Source: Candidatus Saccharimonadota bacterium (GTDB taxonomy: Bacteria > Patescibacteriota > Saccharimonadia > Saccharimonadales > Saccharimonadaceae). Taken from it: a stretch of 32,000 nucleotides of DNA. The position numbers and the translations under genes were made by a program. The DNA lies in assembly GCA_039920285.1 (NCBI GenBank), contig JBDSDX010000001.1:510001-542000 (forward strand), in the 5' to 3' direction. Numbering within the stretch: the first letter of the stretch is position 1; every line of letters begins with the position of its first letter. Positions 25,977-32,000 of this stretch are shown one piece after another. The notes under the pieces are model-generated. The model did no database searches, was not told the origin of the DNA, and saw nothing but the letters and a program-made list of their open reading frames with translations.

Positions 25977-26393
25977 TTAGGGGAGACTCATGAGTCTCAC
26001 GGTGGCAGTTCCGTTATGGTAGAACTCTGTCGTGTGCTCAGAAGTTGCTCGAATGCTTTGAGCAAATGATACTTCAACCGTGAAAGTGAGGCCACCTACT
26101 TGGTTTTTCAGTTTCTCGGTGAGTTGACGAGCGATAGCTACGCTGCCAGGTCGTTCTTCCCATTCTGGATTGATACAGGCGGTTGCGCTGACGAGGTTGT
26201 CGGCTGAGCGATAACTGATACGGAGCCCTCGAATGAGTGCACCCGCAAGCTTATTAACGCTCATGCCGCGTTGTTTCTCTTCGAGCTTGAGAGCTCGAGT
26301 GACTTCGTCAGGCGTTGGATCTGGAAGATCGATTGGTGCGGTGACAGGTCGTCGCGCTTTGTGGCGCAACAACATATCTCTCTCATTGAACAT
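25977..26393 (-). CDS. hypothetical protein (138 aa), possible N-terminal ribbon-helix-helix
   Basis: AAGAAAGG SD 5 nt before ATG 26393. The segment PVTAPIDLP..EVTRALKLEEKQRGMSVNKLAGALIRGL resembles the RHH strand-helix-helix pattern (weak). Confidence 0.5.
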   Translation of the reverse strand: MFNERDMLLRHKARRPVTAPIDLPDPTPDEVTRALKLEEKQRGMSVNKLAGALIRGLRISYRSADNLVSATACINPEWEERPGSVAIARQLTEKLKNQVGGLTFTVEVSFAQSIRATSEHTTEFYHNGTATVRLMSLP

Positions 26394-26487
26394 TGGTACC
26401 TTTCTTGGTGCGAGCGACCCACTTGATCGCTATGTCTGATGATATATTATGCCAAATTAATGTCGATATGTCAATGATTATCGTAGA

Positions 26488-26516
26488 TTTACAAACCATG
26501 TTATATCTGTTATTAT
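26488..26516 (+). promoter_or_regulatory. promoter TTTACA-17-TATTAT (with TCTGT upstream) for rpsJ
   Basis: TCTGTTATTAT at 26506-26516 is a variant of the recurrent motif. ~90-nt leader. Confidence 0.5.
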
Positions 26517-26613
26517 CACTAAGTATATTAATCCATACCGAGAACTCGGCCAGACGTAATAACAGCGATTCGAGCAGAGGTTACGGTATACAACCAAGAA
26601 AGGTTTCTTCCAA

Positions 26614-26940
26614 ATGGCAGAAGCACCAAAAGAAGCGGGTCTCCGAATCCGTATTCGACTCAAGGCGTATGATCACAAGGTCATCGACCAATCAGCAAAA
26701 CAAATTATCGACACGGCTATCCGTACCGGTGCGAGCATTGCTGGACCAGTACCACTTCCAACACGTCGCAGTACGTTCACGGTTGTCAAAAGCCCGCACG
26801 TATACAAAAAGGGTGGTGAAACGTTCGAAATGCGTATTCACAAGCGTTTGATTGATATCACTAACGCAACACCAAAGACGATCGACAGTCTGCAAAACCT
26901 CAGTCTTCCAGCTGGCGTTGACGCAGAAATCCGCATGTAA
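26614..26940 (+). CDS. rpsJ: 30S ribosomal protein S10
   Basis: [29 protein letters not shown] and [12 protein letters not shown] signatures. Confidence 0.95.
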   Translation: MAEAPKEAGLRIRIRLKAYDHKVIDQSAKQIIDTAIRTGASIAGPVPLPTRRSTFTVVKSPHVYKKGGETFEMRIHKRLIDITNATPKTIDSLQNLSLPAGVDAEIRM

Positions 26941-26954
26941 TTTCATCTGGATAT

Positions 26955-26981
26955 AAAATAGCCTCGAAAGGGGCTATTTTT
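26955..26981 (+). terminator. rho-independent terminator after rpsJ
   Basis: AAAATAGCCTC-gaaa-GGGGCTATTTTT. Confidence 0.75.
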
Positions 26982-26987
26982 GTATCG

Positions 26988-27016
26988 TTGTGAAGACAAA
27001 GCGTATGCATTATACT
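26988..27016 (+). promoter_or_regulatory. candidate promoter TTGTGA-17-TATACT for the pilin gene
   Basis: Hexamers with a 17-nt spacer, 23 nt before ATG 27040. Confidence 0.45.
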
Positions 27017-27039
27017 GATCTCAGAATGTTGGCTTTATT

Positions 27040-27711
27040 ATGATGACGCGTCGAGGGTTTACAATTGTTGAGCTATTAGTTGTCATTGTTGTTATTGGCA
27101 TTTTGGCAAGTATCGGCATCGTCAGTTATGGTGCAATCATACAGAAATCTGATGAAGCAACCATAAAAACAGGCATAGGCTACCAGTCACAACTGGTTCG
27201 TAAGTACTTTGCTGACAATAACAAATATCCCGCAACGTTGGCTGACACTGGTCAAACAGATAGTTCAACACCAAATATCACCTATGTTTATGTCTACGAT
27301 GCGGTCGCTAAAGATTATTGCCTCTCGGGTAAAAGTAATCGCAATAGCTCACCCTCATTTAAAGTAAATGCTGCGGGTGACGTTACTGCTGGTGAATGCT
27401 CGATACCTGCGCCTAACTATACGTATCCGACTTTGACACAAGATTTCCATCCATGTTACCCAGCATTTCCTAACTACTCGTATACATACAGTGCGACAGG
27501 AGATGGAACTATCACCTATGCTGTGCAGAGTGGAGCACTTCCCCCTGCTTTCACTCTAAATAGTGCCACAGGAAATCTTTCAGGAGTAGTTGCGAGTCCT
27601 GTCGCAAACAGCGGAACGACCTACAATTTTGTTATTGCAGCAACGAATAGTGGTGGATCAGCGACACAATCTGTCACACTGACGCTCTACAAAATGGTAT
27701 GTCCACCGTAG
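27040..27711 (+). CDS. type IV pilin-like protein with C-terminal putative Ig-like (He_PIG / cadherin-like) domain
   Basis: Prepilin signal MMTRRG|FTIVELLVVIVVIGILA with Glu at +5. Cys pair DYC...GEC. C-terminal TITYAVQSGALPPAFTLNSATGNLSGVVA..TYNFVIAATNSGGSATQSVTLTL. Confidence 0.8.
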   Translation: MMTRRGFTIVELLVVIVVIGILASIGIVSYGAIIQKSDEATIKTGIGYQSQLVRKYFADNNKYPATLADTGQTDSSTPNITYVYVYDAVAKDYCLSGKSNRNSSPSFKVNAAGDVTAGECSIPAPNYTYPTLTQDFHPCYPAFPNYSYTYSATGDGTITYAVQSGALPPAFTLNSATGNLSGVVASPVANSGTTYNFVIAATNSGGSATQSVTLTLYKMVCPP

Positions 27712-27738
27712 TGAGTGACTAATTATTTAAGATATATT

Positions 27739-27768
27739 AAAAATAGCCCCGCAAACGAGGCTATTTTT
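27739..27768. terminator. bidirectional terminator between the convergent pilin gene and the 27782-28048 gene
   Basis: AAAAATAGCC-ccgcaaacga-GGCTATTTTT. Confidence 0.75.
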
Positions 27769-27781
27769 AAATTGATTGATA

Positions 27782-28048
27782 CTAGTTGCTATTTTGAATT
27801 GTGACTAACGAGTCAGTCAAACTTGAGATGTCGAGTTGTAGCTTGACGATCCAGAGTTGGCTAAAGACAATAAATCCGACCAAAATGATCCAATAGACTG
27901 TTTGTCGAGTAATTTTCATTGATGAGAAAGGTTTCGTGTCTGGTGACATTACGAAAGATTTCATTGGTGGTACAGCTTTCGCCTTTGAAACGCGTGCCTT
28001 TGATGCCGTTGGTTTCTTTGCTGGTGTTGCCTTCTTTTTAGTGGCCAT
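27782..28048 (-). CDS. small membrane protein (88 aa): Lys/Ala-rich N-terminus plus one TM helix
   Basis: AAGGAAC SD before ATG 28048. MATKKKATPAKKPTASKARVSKAKA, then YWIILVGFIVFSQLWIV. Confidence 0.5.
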   Translation of the reverse strand: MATKKKATPAKKPTASKARVSKAKAVPPMKSFVMSPDTKPFSSMKITRQTVYWIILVGFIVFSQLWIVKLQLDISSLTDSLVTIQNSN

Positions 28049-28148
28049 AGAGGTTCCTTGATTATGATTCTAAACATGAGTATGACCAATGTCAGTGATA
28101 AACACAAGCGTTATTTTAAACACCTCCTCAGAACAGAGGCCAAAGGTG

Positions 28149-28177
28149 TTGACTCACGACCACTGATGTGTTAGATT
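28149..28177 (+). promoter_or_regulatory. promoter TTGACT-17-TAGATT (TGT extended) for rplC and downstream genes
   Basis: TTGACT 28149-28154, 17-nt spacer ending in TGT, TAGATT 28172-28177. Confidence 0.55.
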
Positions 28178-28294
28178 AAGTGGGTAACTTTATTAAGAAA
28201 TAACAAATAATTCTTGGTGAATTGGCAAGTCGGCGTCGCTTAGCGGCAAAGATACTACCTCCCACCAAGAATTTTAAGTGGGAGAATGAAGAGC
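28178..28294 (+). promoter_or_regulatory. structured 5' leader of the rplC operon with mutually exclusive helices
   Basis: 11-bp perfect stem 28209-28219 / 28263-28273. Alternative 7-bp helix CTCCCAC 28259-28265 / GTGGGAG 28278-28284 covers the SD. Confidence 0.4.
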
Positions 28295-28909
28295 ATGAAA
28301 GCACTTCTCGGTACCAAAATTGGTATGACCCAAATCATCAGCGAAGATGGCAAGGCAGTTCCTGTCACGCTTATTCAAGCTGGTCCTGTCACTGTGACTC
28401 AGGTGAAGTCTGTCGATATCGACGGCTACAACGCAGTGCAAGTAGGATTTGATTCGGGTAAGAACCTGAGCAAGGCCGTGGCCGGACATGTAAAGTCCGC
28501 CAATGTCACCCCGAAATATATTCGGGAATTCCGCGTTGAAGAATTACCTGAAGACCTACCGGTCGGCAGCACTATCGACGTTAACGCGTTCACCTTAGGT
28601 GAACTCGTTGATGCGACTGGTGTGAGCAAGGGTAAAGGATTCGCGGGTACTATTAAACGACATAACTTCGAGCGCCACAAGAAAAGCCACGGTGGAAAAG
28701 GAAACGTCCGTAAACCTGGTTCAATTGGCTCGATGTACCCACAAAAGGTCTTTAAGGGTAAGCGCATGGCTGGTCGTATGGGCCACGACCAAGTAACTGT
28801 TAAGAACCTTGTTGTCAGCTACATTGACATCGAGAACAATCTTATCGGTTTACGCGGCGCTGTACCTGGTCCTAAAAAGGGCCTGATCGTCATCGGAGGT
28901 AAAGCATAA
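28295..28909 (+). CDS. rplC: 50S ribosomal protein L3
   Basis: MKALLGTKIGMTQI N-terminus. ATG 28295 is preferred because the GGGAGA SD is 10 nt upstream; ATG 28286 is possible. Confidence 0.95.
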   Translation: MKALLGTKIGMTQIISEDGKAVPVTLIQAGPVTVTQVKSVDIDGYNAVQVGFDSGKNLSKAVAGHVKSANVTPKYIREFRVEELPEDLPVGSTIDVNAFTLGELVDATGVSKGKGFAGTIKRHNFERHKKSHGGKGNVRKPGSIGSMYPQKVFKGKRMAGRMGHDQVTVKNLVVSYIDIENNLIGLRGAVPGPKKGLIVIGGKA

Positions 28910-29526
28910 TGGCTGACGCTGTAAAAACTGTCGCGAAAGTAACGCTTCCTAAAGAAGTATTTGCTGTCGAGATTAAAAATCACGAACTATTAAAGCTTGC
29001 TTACGATTCTTATCTTGCTAATAGCCGTCTTTCAAGCGCAACGACTAAAACTCGTGGCGAAGTACGCGGTGGTGGTAAGAAACCTTGGGCGCAAAAAGGG
29101 ACTGGCCGTGCTCGTTTCGGCTCAAGCCGTAACCCTATCTGGCGCGGTGGTGGTATTGTCTTCGGTCCACTCGGCAACGAGAACCACAAGATTAAGCTTC
29201 CTACCCAGGCAAAACGCCAAGCTGTTCGCCAAGCACTAACATTGGCAAACGAAGCGAAGAAAATCCACGTCATAGATGTAAAGGCCACTGGTCGTACAGC
29301 TGACATGGTGAAGTTCCTCGCCGACAACAAGTTAAGCCGTAAAGTACTCTTGGTCGTTGATGAGAAAACTCCTCAATTGATTCAAGCGACGAACAACTTA
29401 CAAACTGTATTGTTGATCAGCACAAAGTACTTGAGCGTCTACCACATCTTGAACGCAGACAACATCGTGTTGTCAACGGCATCATTGCCAACGCTCAAAA
29501 GCTGGCTCGTAAAGGAGGAGGCGTAA
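28909..29526 (+). CDS. rplD: 50S ribosomal protein L4
   Basis: TAATG overlap with rplC. GGGKKPWAQKGTGRARFGS signature. Confidence 0.95.
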   Translation: MADAVKTVAKVTLPKEVFAVEIKNHELLKLAYDSYLANSRLSSATTKTRGEVRGGGKKPWAQKGTGRARFGSSRNPIWRGGGIVFGPLGNENHKIKLPTQAKRQAVRQALTLANEAKKIHVIDVKATGRTADMVKFLADNKLSRKVLLVVDEKTPQLIQATNNLQTVLLISTKYLSVYHILNADNIVLSTASLPTLKSWLVKEEA

Positions 29527-29528
29527 TC

Positions 29529-29843
29529 ATGGCTATTCTCGTTACCCCAGTCACGACTGAAAAAGCATACGGTCAGAGTCAACGAAACATCTATGTTTTC
29601 AAGGTTCCCCTAACTGCTAACAAGCAACAAATCCTACAGACTGTTGAAACCGAATATGGTGTCAAAGTTGCCGCTATCAAAACACTTGTTCAATCTGGTA
29701 AATCGATCCGCTTCTCACGAGGCAAGAACCGTTTCCCAGGTACGACAACTCGAAGCGATAGCAAAAAAGCGTATGTCACGCTGGCAGCTGGAAGCACGAT
29801 CAAGGGTGTCTTTGAAGAGCCTGTAGAAGAGGAGAAGAAGTAA
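29529..29843 (+). CDS. rplW: 50S ribosomal protein L23
   Basis: AGGAGGAGG SD in the rplD tail. TEKAY..YVFKV pattern, KKAYVTL. Confidence 0.93.
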   Translation: MAILVTPVTTEKAYGQSQRNIYVFKVPLTANKQQILQTVETEYGVKVAAIKTLVQSGKSIRFSRGKNRFPGTTTRSDSKKAYVTLAAGSTIKGVFEEPVEEEKK

Positions 29844-30682
29844 TGGCGATTAAAACCTACAACCCAACTACTCCTGCTCGTCGTGGCATGACCACGCAAG
29901 ACTTAAGTGAAGTAACGACTCGTAAACCACTAAAGAGCCTATTGAAGAGCAAGAAGCAAAACGCCGGACGTAACAACGCCGGACGCATCACGGTTCGTCA
30001 CCGCGGTGGAGGTGTCAAACGACATCACCGTCTCATGACTCACAACCTACCAGCTGGTACCGTTGCGACTATTGAGCAGATTGAATATGACCCAAACCGT
30101 AGTGCGCGTATCGCTCGTATTAAAGACCAAGATCAAAACTACCACTACGTCCTTGCTGACACAGCAATGACCGTTGGAAAAGTGATCAAGAGCGGTGCAG
30201 ATGTCCCTGTTGAATCTAGCAACCGTATGCCATTGGCAAACATCCCTGTTGGTTCACAGATCTACGCAATCGAGATTAACCCAGGTAAGGGAGCCCAAAT
30301 GGTTCGCTCAGCTGGGACAAAAGCTCAGTTGATGGCGAAAGAAGGCGACTACGCCCAAGTCCGTCTCCCTTCAGGTGAAGTCCGTCGATTCCGTCTCGAA
30401 GCAACTGCTGCCCTCGGTATTGTTGGAAACGTCCAACACCAGAACATTAAGATCGGTTCTGCTGGTCGTAACCGACGCAAGGGTATCCGTCCATCTGTTC
30501 GTGGTGTTGTTATGAACGCCGCAGATCACCCACATGGTGGTGGTGACGGTGGACGTCATGGCCCAGGTAAAGCACCACGTACACCATGGGGTCAATTGAC
30601 CCTTGGGTACCGAACACGTCGACGTAAAGATGTCGCCGGACTAATTGTAAGATCACGCCACGAAGCGAAGAGGAAACGATAA
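29843..30682 (+). CDS. rplB: 50S ribosomal protein L2
   Basis: [29 protein letters not shown] signature. Confidence 0.97.
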   Translation: MAIKTYNPTTPARRGMTTQDLSEVTTRKPLKSLLKSKKQNAGRNNAGRITVRHRGGGVKRHHRLMTHNLPAGTVATIEQIEYDPNRSARIARIKDQDQNYHYVLADTAMTVGKVIKSGADVPVESSNRMPLANIPVGSQIYAIEINPGKGAQMVRSAGTKAQLMAKEGDYAQVRLPSGEVRRFRLEATAALGIVGNVQHQNIKIGSAGRNRRKGIRPSVRGVVMNAADHPHGGGDGGRHGPGKAPRTPWGQLTLGYRTRRRKDVAGLIVRSRHEAKRKR

Positions 30683-30945
30683 TGAGTCGATCACTGAAAA
30701 AAGGTCCATTCATTGACTTCAAGCTGGCCAAGAAAGTGGCTGCTCTAAGTCTGGAAGACCGCACGATTATTAAAACGTGGGCACGCGCTAGCACGATCAC
30801 TCCAGAGATGGTTGGACGTACTATTGCTGTTCACAACGGTAAAGTTCATGTCCCTGTTCTCGTTTCTGAGAACATGGTTGGCCATAAGTTAGGCGAATTT
30901 AGCCCAACTCGTAAGTTCCGTAAACACGGAGGCAAGGCGAAATAA
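30682..30945 (+). CDS. rpsS: 30S ribosomal protein S19
   Basis: [29 protein letters not shown]. Confidence 0.97.
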   Translation: MSRSLKKGPFIDFKLAKKVAALSLEDRTIIKTWARASTITPEMVGRTIAVHNGKVHVPVLVSENMVGHKLGEFSPTRKFRKHGGKAK

Positions 30946-30947
30946 TC

Positions 30948-31349
30948 ATGGCTGACAATACTACCGTACGCGCATATGCGAAAAACGTTGATCAAACTCC
31001 CCGCAAGGTTAGCCTTGTTGCGAGCTTGGTGCGTGGTCGGACAGTTGCAGATGCAATCGTCATTTTGAACCACACTCCAAAGAGAGCTGTTCGCCCACTT
31101 ATTAAAGTGATCGAAAGTGCTCGAGCAAACGCAGTCAACAATCACGGATACGATGGTAAAACACTCGTTATCTCGACATTGTCTGTCACTACTGGCACAA
31201 GGTTGAAGCGATTCACCCCTGCAAGCCGTGGCCGTGCACTGCCTTTCCAAAAGAAATCTGCCAACATTCTCATTGAAGTATCTGGCGAATTGAAACCTAA
31301 GAAGCCTGCAGCTCCAAAAGCTGTCGCAGCGAAAGAGGAGAAGAAATAA
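30948..31349 (+). CDS. rplV: 50S ribosomal protein L22
   Basis: SPRKVSLVA-like TPRKVSLVASLVRGR, KRFTPASRGRALP. Confidence 0.95.
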   Translation: MADNTTVRAYAKNVDQTPRKVSLVASLVRGRTVADAIVILNHTPKRAVRPLIKVIESARANAVNNHGYDGKTLVISTLSVTTGTRLKRFTPASRGRALPFQKKSANILIEVSGELKPKKPAAPKAVAAKEEKK

Positions 31350-31978
31350 TGGGCCAAAAAGTAAACCCAATCAGCTTCCGACTCCAGGTCCACAAGAACT
31401 GGGACTCACGCTGGTTCGCACCGAAAAAAGACTTCGCTCGCTTGCTTATTGAAGACATCCGCGTCCGTGCTGCAGTTGAAAAACGATTTGAAAGTCGTCC
31501 AACTATTAGCCGCGTTGAGATTGAACGTTCACCAAACCTCATGACCGTCACGATCCACACTGCAAAAGCAGGTGTCGTCATTGGTCGTGGTGGTGCTGGT
31601 GTGACTGAACTGAAGGCTGAGCTCGAGAAGATTGCGAGCTTACCAGTTCGTATTAACATCGAAGAAGTGAAGCGTCCTGACATGTCAGCAAAATTAGTCG
31701 CTGAGAACATCGCTCACCAGCTTGAACGCCGCGGTAACTTCCGTCGTGCCACTAAAATGGCCGCACAGAATACTATGGCTGCTGGTGCAAAGGGTGTTCG
31801 TATCCAGGTTGCTGGACGACTGAACAACGCTGAAATGGCTCGTCGTGAAAAAGTTATCCTTGGTTCAGTGCCACTGCACACGATTCGTGCTGATATTGAC
31901 TTCCATACCGCACGTGCAAAAACACCTGCCGGTATCATTGGTGTCAAAGTATGGATCTATAAGGGCGAGAGAGGTTAA
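31349..31978 (+). CDS. rpsC: 30S ribosomal protein S3
   Basis: MGQKVNPISFRL, KH domain VIGRGGAGV, GRLNNAEMAR. Confidence 0.97.
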   Translation: MGQKVNPISFRLQVHKNWDSRWFAPKKDFARLLIEDIRVRAAVEKRFESRPTISRVEIERSPNLMTVTIHTAKAGVVIGRGGAGVTELKAELEKIASLPVRINIEEVKRPDMSAKLVAENIAHQLERRGNFRRATKMAAQNTMAAGAKGVRIQVAGRLNNAEMARREKVILGSVPLHTIRADIDFHTARAKTPAGIIGVKVWIYKGERG

Positions 31979-31983
31979 TCGAT

Positions 31984-32000
31984 ATGTTACTTCCAAAGAA
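31984..32000 (+). CDS. rplP: 50S ribosomal protein L16, first codons only (truncated by the window end)
   Basis: ATG 31984 after a GAGAGAGG SD; MLLPK matches the L16 N-terminus and the expected gene order. Confidence 0.7.

Noticed and set aside
26393-26851. 152-aa plus-strand ORF spanning the divergent promoter region and overlapping rpsJ out of frame
   Set aside because: It overlaps the well-supported rpsJ gene and its promoter, has a low-complexity unnatural composition, and has no SD. It is treated as a frame artefact.
1-32000. Search for CRISPR arrays, IS elements, integrases, rRNA genes or long direct repeats flanking the inserted cassettes
   Set aside because: None was seen by eye: no repeat-spacer periodicity, no transposase- or recombinase-like ORF, and no obvious target-site duplications. 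The only repeated elements are short promoter and terminator words. Visual scanning cannot exclude short or degenerate repeats.
1-32000. Alternative genetic code (UGA recoding, as in some CPR lineages)
   Set aside because: All conserved genes are intact under the standard code. TGA is used as a genuine stop, for example at the end of the RadC-like gene at 24095-24097.

Overview
The window is a compact, almost entirely plus-strand stretch of core information-processing genes. In order: rsmD, tRNA-Leu(UAG), an FAD-linked oxidase, tRNA-Leu(CAG), a SpoU/TrmH methyltransferase, hisS, tig, clpP, rpoB, rpoC, rpsL, rpsG, fusA, tuf, rpsJ, then rplC-rplD-rplW-rplB-rpsS-rplV-rpsC and the first codons of rplP. 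Standard genetic code. Gene style (many ORFans, a pilin-adhesin fusion, tiny intergenic regions, no clpX after clpP, no rplKAJL before rpoB) suggests a reduced CPR/Patescibacteria (Saccharibacteria-like) genome, but that is inference only. No rRNA, CRISPR array, transposase or integrase was seen. Main observations: (1) Every junction from rpoC to rplC in the normally contiguous rpoBC-str-S10 cluster holds an unrecognisable gene cassette with its own promoter. These include a 3-gene cassette headed by a protein with a colicin-type HH..N..HxxxH (HNH-like) signature, a 2-gene pair of a catalytically degenerate RadC/JAB-like protein plus an Rx4H (HEPN-like) protein, and a type IV pilin fused to a putative Ig-like adhesin domain. 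(2) RpoC has lost all eight canonical Zn-ligand cysteines, within a strongly Cys-depleted core proteome. (3) There is a recurrent TCTGTTATAAT extended -10 motif, and many genes have the ATG 6-10 nt after the -10 box (leaderless architecture). (4) Candidate structured leaders lie before rplC and rpsL. Function calls for ORFans rest on short motifs read by eye and need profile or structure searches.
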